From: an uncultured Nitrospinota bacterium
Lineage (GTDB): Bacteria > Tectomicrobia > Entotheonellia > J063 > CAVPRW01
Assembly (NCBI GenBank): GCA_963707985.1
Contig: CAVPRW010000023.1
Span: 160,001-224,000, forward strand
Reading direction: 5' to 3'
Length of the DNA stretch: 64,000 bases
Below are positions 1-10,519 of this stretch, piece after piece (the first letter of the stretch is position 1; every line of letters begins with the position of its first letter). The position numbers and the translations under genes are program-made. The notes beneath the pieces are model-generated. The model saw only the letters and a program-made list of their open reading frames with translations. It was not told where the DNA came from and made no database searches.

Positions 1-7
1 GGCGGAC

Positions 8-1440
8 GTGCACAAACGAGCCAATTCCTTGCAGACGTCCCCGCATGCCGAGTTACTCATAACCCAAGCGGCCAACGCTACAGCTGATGTCCCCTTGCCT
101 CGGATTGCGCCACTGAAGCCGACTCCCGTGTACGACACTTACTGGCGATTTGCAGCGGAGCGCCAGGAAATCTTTTCGGCAGGTTGGTCACGCCGCTAAG
201 TCCAGTGCCTGGCCTTCCGCCCGCTCCGGCACCGGCGCAGAGGTGCCATAGAGGCGTTGATGTTGCTGTTGCCGATGAAACGGCCAATAGCGATCCCAGT
301 GCCCGTTGAGCCGCACGGCCCGCAGGTCGAGCACCGCCTGCGCCCCAGCTTTCCTCCAACGCATCCCGGACTGCTCCATGCGATCCTTCACCAGATGCCC
401 ACAGGCGCCTTCCACCACGCCTGTCCCGATCGGCCAACCACACGCCAGATATTCGTCGTCGTGCATGTACGGCCGGTTGCGTTGGTAGTAGCCTACCGTC
501 CGCCGCACCGCCTGCCGTTGCGTCCCCGTCCAGATGGGGTCCTTCCCTTCGGCCTCCAACGCCGTGATGACCGCGTCGGTCTCGCCTGCCAGCAGCGCCT
601 CCAGGTACGCGCGGACCCAGACCACACGCTGCGGATGGGTCTCCCCCAGCAGGGCGTTGGCGGTGTCCCACAGATACTCGGTGGCGTGGATGATGTCGAG
701 CACCAGGGTGTGCTCCGGAACGTGGCTCAGCAACTGCTGTTGCAGCGCCTCGGCGCCATCCGTGAGCGCCACGCGCTGCTGGAGGTGGGGCCCCTCGCGC
801 TGGGCCACCCGCTGGGCCAGCTGGCGCATGGCCACCGCTTTCCCCGCCAGGGTGGCCCGCAGTTCTTTGCCCTCGGGCCGCGGGCGAGCCGCGGGCGCCG
901 GGCCCCCGGGCTCCTGCAACAGGGCCCCCACCACCTCCTGCGGTGTGCGAGGATACGGGGCAATTGTGTACAGGCCGGTGACGACGGCCTCCTTCTTCTT
1001 GCCGCGCTTCTGCCCCTTGCCCAAGCGCACGGGTGGCGTGGGGGTGGGAGGCTGCACCATCGGCACCCCTTTGCCATCAGCTGGCACGACCAGGATCGTG
1101 CCAGCAGGGACGGCGGCCGTGGGGTCGGCCGGCTGTTCGTAGAAGGGCGTCACATCCGCTCCCGCCTCGGTGGCACAGGTCTCGAGGGCTTGCACGCTGA
1201 GCGAGAGCCCCAGGATGCGTTCCAGTATCGTTTGACTCTCGCGGTAGGACTCGTCGGTTCCGTCGAATCGAGGGCGAGTTGCCGCCCTGGACCGCTGATA
1301 CAGTCCTGTGTACCTACAAATTTACGAATGCCTATCGAGCATCCGACCGCGTCAGTCAGTTCCTCATTCGTCACGTGATCTCTAGGAACGATTTGCCGGA
1401 CACACGCGAGGAAATGTTCTTCCGCGTCTTGTTATATAAG
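8..1440 (+). pseudogene. aGPT-Pplase1-like (alpha-glutamyl/putrescinyl thymine pyrophosphorylase clade 1) gene, split by an insertion at 188-1270 and truncated near 1440
   Basis: PTPVYDTYWRFAAERQEIF (before 187) continues after 1270 as EGELPPWTADTVL..YKFTNAYRASDRVSQFLIRHVI..EEMFFRVLLYK, the characteristic N-terminus of this family. Confidence 0.75.
188..1270 (-). mobile_element. ISKra4-family transposase fragment (5'-truncated)
   Basis: ADGKGVPM, GQKRGKKKEAVV, LTDGA, LDIIHATEYLW, GWPIGTGVVEGACGHLVKDRMEQSGMRW motifs; no terminal repeats seen. Confidence 0.8.
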
Positions 1441-1670
1441 AGACAGTTTCAATATTTATTAGTTAGCATAATGCCCGGGTCGATACAGTAGGCGAAAGTG
1501 ATGCCAGCCACCACATGGTTCCATGACCGTATCGCGAATCCCCTCCCTCAACAGGCGGATCTGGTCTGTGACGCTACGGAAGCGTGTCACCCCACCCATG
1601 GCGTGTTCCAGACGGATCCGGATGGACGAAATCCGACGATGGTGGACTTTCGCAGGCGGGGGGAGTTCAC
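1441..1670 (-). mobile_element. IS5/ISL2-like (DDE_Tnp_4) transposase 3' remnant
   Basis: RRISSIRIRLEHAMGGVTRFR...CGGWHHFRL C-terminal motif; cut off by the IS4 element at 1671. Confidence 0.6.
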
Positions 1671-2717
1671 CATAGGCGCGCACTTAAGCGCTTCAATAAT
1701 GCAACGAGGACCAGCATAGCCATGTCTGTCAGATGATGGTGGCCACACCATCACCCTCTTCCGGAGGTGTCTCTGCTGCTCTTGCCGCATCATCCCGACC
1801 GTGCCGTCGAAGCACGATTGGCGCGTGTGGAGGACACGTGGACGACCGAGGTGGTGCCGCGCGTGCCCGTGGACCTCGCCGCGCCGGCTCGCACCCTGAA
1901 AGCCTTCCAGCGCGTCCGTCGTCTGGCCACGCCGTACGAGCGGCTCCGGGCCGTGCTCGCGTCTGTCCTGGGCCCCTGGTCTCTGCGCCGCCTGGGGGCG
2001 TGGGCGGTGCTGATCGGGCTCGCGGATCGCTCCGAGGCCGCCTGGCGCAAACGGCTGCGGGCCTGTCGTCCCTGGTGACGCTGGCTCCTCAGTGAACTGG
2101 TGGCGACCCCGCGGGTTGTGGACCCGCCGCCCCCTCAGGCCCTGGGGCGTGTGCTCCTGGTGGATGCCAGCAGGCTCCGGCAGCCCGGCGGCACCGGGGA
2201 TGACTGGCGGCGACATCTGGCCGATGACTTCACCGCTGGCCGGCTCGGGCCGGTACGGGTGACGGACCGGTACGGGGGCGCACAGCCTCGTGTGCAAACG
2301 GATGAAACAACGGCTCCGGCTCAATCAGATCCGGAGCACGCACCTCGCGAGTGTCGAAGCCACCGTGCGGGCGTGGCTCATCGCCTGGGCCTGGCCAGAA
2401 AGGGCCATGGCGACCATCCGCGCCCACCTGCCTACCGGTGCGCTGACTGCTCCTACGCCGCTCAGCAGTTGGTTCCTGACGGGGCTGGGACTCGATACCT
2501 TGCGGCAGCAAGTCCATGGCACGTGGTCACAGGCCCGGTTACACGCCTGCCTCCCCCGCTTGCGCCGCTTTATGGTGCTCAACCCCCGCCGCCGGGAGCA
2601 TCAGGAAACGCGGGTGCGGGCCTGGCTCCTCGGTCGCGTCCTCGTCTGCCCCTCCAACGAGCAGGAGGCAGCATAAGGGAGGCGCCATGGAGAAAAAGCC
2701 TAAAGTACGCGCCTATG
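1671..2717 (+). mobile_element. Internally deleted IS4-family element
   Basis: TIRs CATAGGCGCGCACTTAAG (1671) and CTAAAGTACGCGCCTATG (ending 2717), 16/18 match; broken transposase frames ([34 protein letters not shown]). Confidence 0.75.
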
Positions 2718-2739
2718 GGATTCCTCCCCCCTCAGTCCT

Positions 2740-3033
2740 CCACGAGGACGCCCCGCAGATCTCCCGCGGTAAGCCGTCATACCATCTGTGCATAAGCGCC
2801 CGATTTATAAAGCACAGCCAGTCTGGATGGAGGGCTTTGCTGTCGCGTGCCAGCTCGCCCCGACGGTACCACACCTCGTATCCGGTTCGTGTCCCTCGCC
2901 CCCTCACGTTCGTTTCACGCTGCCTTCAGACCCCACCTCGCGGTGACGCCCTGGCGCTTCCCTTGTCCTTCGGCTCCACGCACACCTGGACAGGGGACTT
3001 GCACCCCCGAGCATGACAGCATGCACGGCACAC
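2740..3033 (-). ncRNA. 5' remnant of a class C (IIC-attC type) group II intron
   Basis: Minus strand starts GTGTGCCGTGCATGCTGTCATGCTCGGGGGTGCAAGTCCCC (GUGYG 5' end) and abuts the AC of an attC R'' box, antisense to the array; left boundary approximate. Confidence 0.75.
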
Positions 3034-3087
3034 ACGCCAGGCCTGAGCCACGCGGGTTACCGCGTCGGCTCCAGGCCCTGGTTAGGG
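3034..3087 (+). other. attC site 1 (interrupted at R'' by the intron)
   Basis: AC-GCCAGGCCTGAGCC-ACGCGG-gtta-CCGCGT-CGGCTCCAGGCC-CTG-GTTAGGG, an imperfect palindrome ending in a GTTRRR box. Confidence 0.8.
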
Positions 3088-3106
3088 GCCGTTCCGCTCC
3101 CGTAGG

Positions 3107-3490
3107 CTACGGCATATGTTCCGACCATTGCTGCCGCGGACCATCCAACAGCACCATCACATGGTTGAGAATGTCTCGACCCAAAATGCCGGGCTCTACC
3201 TCGGTCAACAGATACCGGCCCCGGAAGGCCCGCCGCAGAAAAAGCACGTCTAGCATTACGACGCGGGCAAAACTCCTACTCCCGTCAAAGCCCATCAGTT
3301 CATACTGCTCGTTAACCAGCAGCGGGACACCGAGCCGCTCGACCGCCATGCGTGGGAGTAAAGTGACGTCTGCCCCGGTGTCCAAGAGCAACTGCACGTC
3401 GGAGACCGTTGCTCCACTGTGCGGGTTGCGGAGCGTCACAGAGGCAACCGGTACTGGCGGATCGAAGTGCGACGCGTCATAGTTCGGCAT
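3107..3490 (-). CDS. Clan AA (retropepsin-like) aspartic protease, cassette-borne
   Basis: LLDTGADVTLL catalytic motif and ILGRDIL; overlaps the upstream small ORF. Confidence 0.8.
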   Translation of the reverse strand: MPNYDASHFDPPVPVASVTLRNPHSGATVSDVQLLLDTGADVTLLPRMAVERLGVPLLVNEQYELMGFDGSRSFARVVMLDVLFLRRAFRGRYLLTEVEPGILGRDILNHVMVLLDGPRQQWSEHMP

Positions 3491-3692
3491 CAGCGGAGAC
3501 CTCGATGATCTGCTTGGCGAAGTCGGCGGCTTGTTCCGGATGCACGAGGCGTGGACTGTAGACGTGTGCCTGCGGCGTGGTCTTAATATCAGGAATGACC
3601 ACATAGACTTTGGTGTGTTCGGGTAGCGTCACGTTATCGGGGAGCCGGATCTGGCCGTTTTCGACAATGCCTTCGACCGTGAGGATAGCCAT
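3477..3692 (-). CDS. Small antitoxin-like protein (DUF104/AF2212-like)
   Basis: TVEGIVENGQIRLPDNVTLPEHTKVYVVI; coupled to the protease ORF. Confidence 0.65.
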   Translation of the reverse strand: MAILTVEGIVENGQIRLPDNVTLPEHTKVYVVIPDIKTTPQAHVYSPRLVHPEQAADFAKQIIEVSADAEL

Positions 3693-3858
3693 ATTACACC
3701 TCTAGCTCTATGGCACACAGCGTCTTTAGATAGGCACAAAAATACCGTGAGTGATGGTAGACCATCTGTGCAAGTGGCCGTAAGTATATACCACCCCAAG
3801 CGAATATGATATTCCTACACGCCTCCATTTGGTCTCTGCCCGCTGACCTTGGTCAGGC

Positions 3859-3924
3859 CCCTAACGGGGCGCGAGATGAGCTGCACCCCGCGCGCAGCGA
3901 GGATGTCAGCTCCATCGAGTGGTT
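3859..3924 (+). other. attC site 2
   Basis: GGCCCCTAAC (3856-3865) is the exact reverse complement of the cassette start GTTAGGGGCC (3081-3090); arms GATGAGCTG/CAGCTCCATC; ends in GTT. Confidence 0.8.
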
Positions 3925-5766
3925 GAACTAAGCGCTCCGCGCAGGTTTTCGTCTCGCCTCCATCCAAGCCAGCCATGAAGGGGGCTCCATCCGTTAGATT
4001 CAGGCAGACTCGACCTCCTGTACGTCTCCATCCATCCACCCTCACACACAGGAGGTCGAGCCATGACGCCACTGCGCCAACGGATGATTGAAGACCGGCA
4101 ACTGAGAGGCCTGTCCGAACGGACCCAGGAGAGGTAGGTCAGGGCCGTCCGGCAACTGGCGGACCATGACCACAAGTCCCCCGACCGCCTCACGGAAGAA
4201 ACACTCCGTGGCTCGTTCCTCTCTCTCAAGCACGTCACGCACGACGCGCGCAGCGCGAGTACCATCGCCCTGTGCGGCCGCAAGTTTTTCTCTGAGCACA
4301 CGTTGCAGCACGCATGGACCACGCTGACCTTCGTCAGCCCCCACGCGCAACGACACTCCCGGTCCTCCTCAGTCTCGAAGAGGTCCGCACCATGCTGGCG
4401 CACCTCACACGGCCTCGCCATCGCGTGTGTCTCACCCCCATCTCCTCACCCGGTGTGGATCTTCCCAGCTCCAGGCCGGGCAGGCACGGGCCTGTCAACG
4501 GCTACCCGTAGAGCTCCCATGCCTGTCAGAACCGCCACTGTCCCAACTGCCAGAACGGTTCCGCCCATGCGTGGCTCCCGCGGCAACAGGATCTCCTCCG
4601 GCCCGTCCCGCCTTTTCTGGTCACCTGCACCGGGCCCGATGCGCTTCGGGAACTGGCCCGCAGCCACCAGCAGCTCTTCTCCAACATCCGTTGCCGCGCC
4701 TCCGCCCAGGCCCTCCAAAACCTCCCCTTGGATCCACGCGTTGTCGGGGGCAAGATCGGGAGGGTCGGGGGCTTGCACCCCTGGACGCGTGCCCTGCACG
4801 ATCATCCCCCTGTGCACTCCCTGGTGCCCGCAGGCGGGCTTGCTTCCGATGGCGCTCAGTGGCTCCCGTCCCGGGCAACTTTCCTGGTGCCGGTTAAGGC
4901 GCTTGCCCTCCTGTGGCGTGCCCAAGGGCGCGATGCGTGGCGCAAGACCCCCGTGTTTGACCTTGGCCCCAACGCTCTCTGGGCACAGGACTGGGTGGTG
5001 CATGGTGCACCGGTCGGCCGTGGATCGCACGCCTGGCACGATCGGGCTCCGTACAGCTTTCGGGTGGCGATCCGCACTCATCGTCTCCTCACGCGCGCAG
5101 ATGGCCAGGTCACCTGCCAATATCAAGACTCCCAGACCGGGGCCATCCAGGTCTGCACGGTCACGGCCGAGGCATGCATCCGCCGGTTCCTGCCACACGT
5201 CCTTCCTGCCCACTTCGTCACGGTCCGCTCTGACGGCCTGTTTGGCCCTGGCAACCGCGCCGCACGGAAAAACACCAGGCCGCTCTTGGGGGGTGAGCGT
5301 CGCGACGGACACGCAGCCGGGCATGCCCCCGCTTCCCCACCGCCAGAGACGGCCCTTCGCTGCCCCAAGTGCGCAAGCGTGAGGCCACTCCTCGACACGT
5401 TGCGCCCCAACGGTTGGTTCCCCCTCAAGCCTGGCCCCTGAAATTGGCCGAGCGCATGTTCGTTGATGCCGACGCTTCAAATTTCTACAGCGTCCAGGGA
5501 GTCGCCTGGCCTGATGCCCTGAAGACGCGTTTCTCAGAGTCTTGAGCACGGGATCGCACCGGACAGGAGACCTTCTTGACCCCCCAAAACTGCCGGTATT
5601 CCCCGGCCTTTGCTGCCAATCGTCCCCTTGAAGTCAGATACGAGGCTTCGCTTCCCCTGCTGCCGCCCGGCTTACATTCCCCACGCAGAAGCTCGCCTGC
5701 AGTCCAAAGGCTTGTTCAACCCAGCATGGTGTGGTGGCTTCGCACCCCACGAATTCTTAATTCGTT
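3922..5766 (+). mobile_element. Decayed tyrosine-integrase + IS91-family (HUH) transposase element inserted at an attC GTT
   Basis: 4063 MTPLRQRMIED..LRGLSERTQE (integrase N-terminus with stops); IS91 motifs HCPNCQ, LHPWTRAL.DHPPVHSLVPAGGL, IRRFLPHVLP; GTTGAACTAAGC (3922) inverted with GCTTGTTCAAC (5720). Confidence 0.75.
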
Positions 5767-5798
5767 CGGCGCGTCGGCTCACCTCACACTTGCCTCTT

Positions 5799-6044
5799 TT
5801 AGCGCTCCACGTCTTCCATTTTGACCCCGCGCCCGGACTGCAGGCTTTGCCGGGCGGCTTCGATCCGCCGGAGAAACCGAGGATCATGCTCTAAGCGGTA
5901 CTCAAACCAATCTTCCTCTGATTTAAACCCAATCAGGATCCCCGCCGGCTTGCCGTGGCGCGTGATCACGATAGGTTCCTCTTCGGCCTGACGGAGGTAT
6001 CGCGACAAATCGTCTTTGACTTCAGAGAGGGCTATTTCCTTCAT
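5799..6044 (-). CDS. Phd/YefM-family antitoxin
   Basis: MKEIALSEVKDDLSRYLRQAEEEPIVITRHGKPAGILIG. Confidence 0.85.
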   Translation of the reverse strand: MKEIALSEVKDDLSRYLRQAEEEPIVITRHGKPAGILIGFKSEEDWFEYRLEHDPRFLRRIEAARQSLQSGRGVKMEDVER

Positions 6045-6342
6045 TGGCTTCTCCTGCCTGGTCAAGCCAGGCGGCAGCCTGGGATTTGGGCACAATCGCC
6101 AAAATCTCAACCGCGGCTTCGGTCACGTCATAAAAGACTCGCAGTTCACCGACGCGCAAGCGAAATTGTGGCTGAGACAGGCCCCGAAGGGGCTTGATGC
6201 GGCTCTTGCTGGTCTTGGTCGGGGTATAACGCAAGTGCGTTTCGAGGGCGTCGCGCACCGCAGAGCGGAGGTTCGCCCTCAAGCGGCGCAAGTCTTCGAT
6301 GGCTGCGGGTGCAAGGATGATCTCGAAGCGCAGTCTGGCCAT
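6022..6342 (-). CDS. RelE/ParE-family toxin
   Basis: FEIILAPAAIEDLRRL...IKPLRG..QPQFRLRVGELRVFYDV; overlaps the antitoxin. Confidence 0.85.
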   Translation of the reverse strand: MARLRFEIILAPAAIEDLRRLRANLRSAVRDALETHLRYTPTKTSKSRIKPLRGLSQPQFRLRVGELRVFYDVTEAAVEILAIVPKSQAAAWLDQAGEANEGNSPL

Positions 6343-6390
6343 ACTATAGCCAGAATTTGGATCGCCCTCAAGTAGGGATGTAGATAGGCG

Positions 6391-7251
6391 ATCGGGATAG
6401 AAACTGGGCGCGCAGCACTGTAGGAGGGGAGTGACCGACATCCGCCCTTTCGGTTACGGAGCGGGTCCTAATCCCTCCATAGTCTACGTTTCCCAGAGCC
6501 TCCCGATGATCCCGGACGGTCGGATTTCCCGAGTCCGGTTCGAGGCCACCACATCTCCGCGGTGCGCCTTCCTCTCGCTCGACAGGCTGAAGCCAATGGT
6601 CGGCATACACCCTGGGAGCGAAAGTTTGCGCACAGCCTAGCCACGGTGTTCGGCAGCGGTTTTCTCCCAGTGTCACCTGGACCCTGCGTCCTTGCCCGTC
6701 GCGTTGTGGGCCCACAGGCCCTTCGCTAGAGACGCACGACCTTCTCATGTTCGCTACTACGGCCTGATGTGCCAGTCCTGTTGCCTCCCAGCCACTGGGC
6801 ATGGCGGCTCGTGACTGGGTCTTTGCCGCTTGGACCACCCACGGCTGGTCAGCAGGACCTTCCCGACGTTATCTCTGCGCATCTTTCCCTGCGTGCTTGG
6901 ACCCCTACCCCGGCCGCCCTTGCGGTGCACGTACCCGTTTCTTCCCGCAAGACATCGGCCTTCCCCCGTTAGGACCAGGTCGGCGCTCAACAACGTTCCG
7001 TACAGCGACTTCAGTACGGAGCTGTATTTCGAGGCTGCAGTCATTCCCTCATGTTCAGGCCCGCAGGTTTGCTCGCCACCCAGGTCGCTCCTACCGCTAC
7101 GGCCTACGCCGTAGGGCAGCCGTGACTTTTCCATCCGAGCCTCTCGTGGTTCGTTACCTCCCCACGCCCCGGATATGCTAACCGTCCGAATCGGGCAATT
7201 GACGGTAGAGGACTTTCACCCCATCAGATGCGCAGCCTTGTCGGCTGCTCC
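6391..7251 (-). ncRNA. ORF-less group II intron (~860 nt) inserted in an attC R'' box
   Basis: Minus strand: 5' end GGAGCAGCCGACAAGGCTGCGC; domain V-like GAGCCGGACTCGGGAAATCCGACCGTCCGGGATC; 3' end TTCTATCCCGAT; no RT ORF; removing it restores GCGCCGAAC, complementary to the cassette start GTTCGGCGC (5764-5772). Confidence 0.8.
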
Positions 7252-7389
7252 CCGAACGGTTGAGCTCAGGCCGCGGCCCGTCAGGGACGTCGTGCCTGGC
7301 GGGTAACCGCTGGGTCTACCCGGAACCTGACTGCCTACAGCCTTCGCTTCGCTCCAGCTTCCGGCGGCAGGTGAGCATAGGTGTTGGCC
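7252..7389 (+). other. Fused attC remnants
   Basis: CCGAACGGTTGAGCTCAG left half, then CTGACTGCCTACAGCCTTCGCTTCGCTCCAGCTTCCGGCGGCAGGTGAGC..GTTGGCC right half of a second attC. Confidence 0.55.
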
Positions 7390-7399
7390 TGACCCGCAT

Positions 7400-8170
<771 letters not shown>

Positions 8171-8250
8171 CCGCTCCTGGGTCGCTCCGGCTATCGGCGG
8201 CACTTGAGGCACGGCGTTAAGGCTCAACTAACAGTGCAGGAGGTTCGCAG

Positions 8251-8650
8251 GTGAAGGGGCATTACACGGCGCAGTACTGAAGCAGAAAGGCGACTGGTGG
8301 ATCGGCTGGATCGAAGAGGTGCCGGGGATGAATTGTCAGGAGCGGTCGAAAGAGCATCTCATCGAAACGCTCCGTATCACCCTGCGCGAAGCCCTCGAAT
8401 TCAACCGCCGAGAGGCACTCGACACTGTGGGGGAGAGTTATGAGGAGCAAGAAATCGCTCTATGAAGCGCCGGGAGTTGCTTCGGCATCTCTGAACTCAT
8501 GGATGTGAGCTGTTGGGGGAGGGATCCCGACACTTTTGGTAGTATAATCCCAGTATGAACAAGCATGCCGCTGTGCGTCGCCAAAACGACATTGACGGAG
8601 ATCTCGCACGAAAGATATGCCGCGACATCGGAGTACCTTGGATCCGTTGA
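8251..8650 (+). pseudogene. HicB-like antitoxin + HicA-like toxin cassette, both with internal stops
   Basis: KGDWWIGWIEEVPGMNCQERSKEHLIETLRITLREALEFNR, then MKRRELLRHL*THGCEL; cassette ends GTTAAGGCTCAAC (8216) and GTTGAGCCTTAAC (8658) are perfectly complementary. Confidence 0.75.
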
Positions 8651-8651
8651 G

Positions 8652-8763
8652 CCTTAACCACCCACTGCAGCGGATGGGGGCCAGCAGCACGTTGCGGCCC
8701 GGTGGCCCCGTCAGAGGTTAAGGGTAGATCCTCCCCCGCCGCTCAACTCGCGGCCCGTTGGGC
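8652..8763 (+). other. attC site (uninterrupted)
   Basis: CCTTAAC-CACCCACTGCAGCGG...CCGCCGCTCAAC-TCGCGGCCC-GTTGGGC. Confidence 0.7.
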
Positions 8764-8794
8764 AGCGCCGCTGCAACAAGATAGGAGATGGAGC

Positions 8795-10187
8795 ATGCGA
8801 ACCTTTGCACAAAAGCAGAATCAACCTCAAAAGCCAGGATCGTCCATCCATGCTCGGTCTCACACGGCAACACCAGGGCTGCATCATCGCGCAGATCTGA
8901 TTCTGCACTGGCAACGCACGATGGGGAATCAAGCCGTGCAACGGATGTTGCAGACTCATGCTGAAGAACTCAAAGCCGGATTGACCGGTACGTCATCCCC
9001 TCACTTGGGGCACGATTTTAGCCGGATTCCCATACATCCTCCTGCAACAGGAGCGATACAAACGAAATTAGCGATCAACCAGCCGGGAGACGAATATGAG
9101 CAGGAAGCAGACCGCATCTCCGAACAGGTGATGCGGATGCCTGAGCCGCGACTCCAGCGCGCTTGCGCCTGCGGCGGAGCGTGCCCCAAGTGTCAGACGG
9201 AGCAACGCATGGCCCGAACATGAGCGTTTGCAGACGAAGCGCGTTGGCTCAGGCGACTGGGGACAGGCCGAAGTGCCGACGATCGTCCACGAAGTACTTC
9301 GCTCTCCTGGTCAACCCCTCGACTTGGCGACTCGCGCCTTTATGGAGCCGCGCTTCGGATACGACTTCAGCCGTGTGCGCGTGCATACGGATGAGAACGC
9401 AGAGATGTCGGCTCGGACGCTCAACGCTCATGCCTACACAGTTGGAAACAACATCGTTTTCGGCCTTGGGCGCTTCGATTCCACTGCCGCGGAGGGCCGC
9501 CGGCTGCTCGCGCACGAATTGACTCATGTCGTCCAGCAATCTGTGGGACACGCTCCACGAGCAGTAGCCCACAAACCAGCGGACGCAGAGAAGGACAGTA
9601 CGAAGGATGTGCCGAAGGCCGCGCCCAAGCCCCCAAAGTGCCATACAGGCTGCGCTCAGCGCTGGGGCCAGGACACGACCTGCTCGAAGTGGGGCTTTTT
9701 TCAAGGGGTAGCCGAACAGGGTGAGGGCAAGAAATGGAGATCATTCGACTGTTGCAATAGCTGGCCGCTCTCGGTTGAAGACTACGCCCGTACGCAGCTT
9801 GGTCTGAGTGGAGCAGCCTCGTGCACAGTTCAACACGAGCGGGAGATCGCTACCATCTCTTTCGGAGGAAATGAGGTCGAGGTCCTTTGCTCGGACACGA
9901 TCCCCAACAGCATGTTTGGGGAGAACACACGTGCAAGCGCTTGCTCGGGATCTATTGCAGCTGAGGTGATCGAAATGAGTCCGAAGGCCATGCAGGCCCT
10001 CTCCAGCCAACTCGCAAGCGCGCTGCATGTGAAAGTCTGCTATTCAGGATCAAAAGAGGATCTCTGTCTGCACAATGGACCGGGCGCGAGATCATTTCCG
10101 ACGATCCACCAGTGCCTCACCAAAGGATGTTCCCCCTGGGAGGGCACTCCAACAACCCACCAGGATTCGGGCTGGCCCCGAGTGTGA
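8795..10187 (+). CDS. DUF4157 (eCIS-core) protein with Cys-rich C-terminal domain; frameshift near 9200
   Basis: IQTKLAINQPGDEYEQEADR, PGQPLDLATRAFMEPRFGYDFSRVRVHTD, AHAYTVGNNIVF, LLAHELTHVVQQ. Confidence 0.85.
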
Positions 10188-10228
10188 TCCGGCGTGACAG
10201 ATTAGGGATCATTGCTTGACTTGACGGG

Positions 10229-10469
10229 GCCTACCAACCGCTTCGAGCGGGACGCGCACACAGCGCCGCGCCCCTCAAGCGGTATGTCGATTTTTGCGTA
10301 TACCGCTACGCACAGTGTTTGATCTGCCACCCGTGGCTGACGTAGCGCATCAGGCGATCACTGTCCAGGACTGTCACGCATGGTGCGCAGTCCTCAGCGG
10401 GAATTTTTTCCAATCGGTGCCCGCAGGAGGAGAATCTACCTACTCAAGCTCATAGTGGGGGCGTTAGAC
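10229..10469 (+). other. attC site interrupted by a ~175-bp IS1111-like MITE (10283-10457)
   Basis: CCGCTTCGAGCGGGACGCGC..GCGCCCCTCAAGCGG | TATGTCG...AAGCTCATAGTG | GGGCGTTAGAC. Confidence 0.65.
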
Positions 10470-10519
10470 GGCGCAGAATGATTTTGGGAGGCGTGAACAT
10501 CTATGCAAGGGGGCGCGCA

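Noticed and set aside
6368..7181. ORFs inside the intron as an intron-encoded RT
   Set aside because: No RT motifs (no YADD); these are spurious frames over structured RNA.
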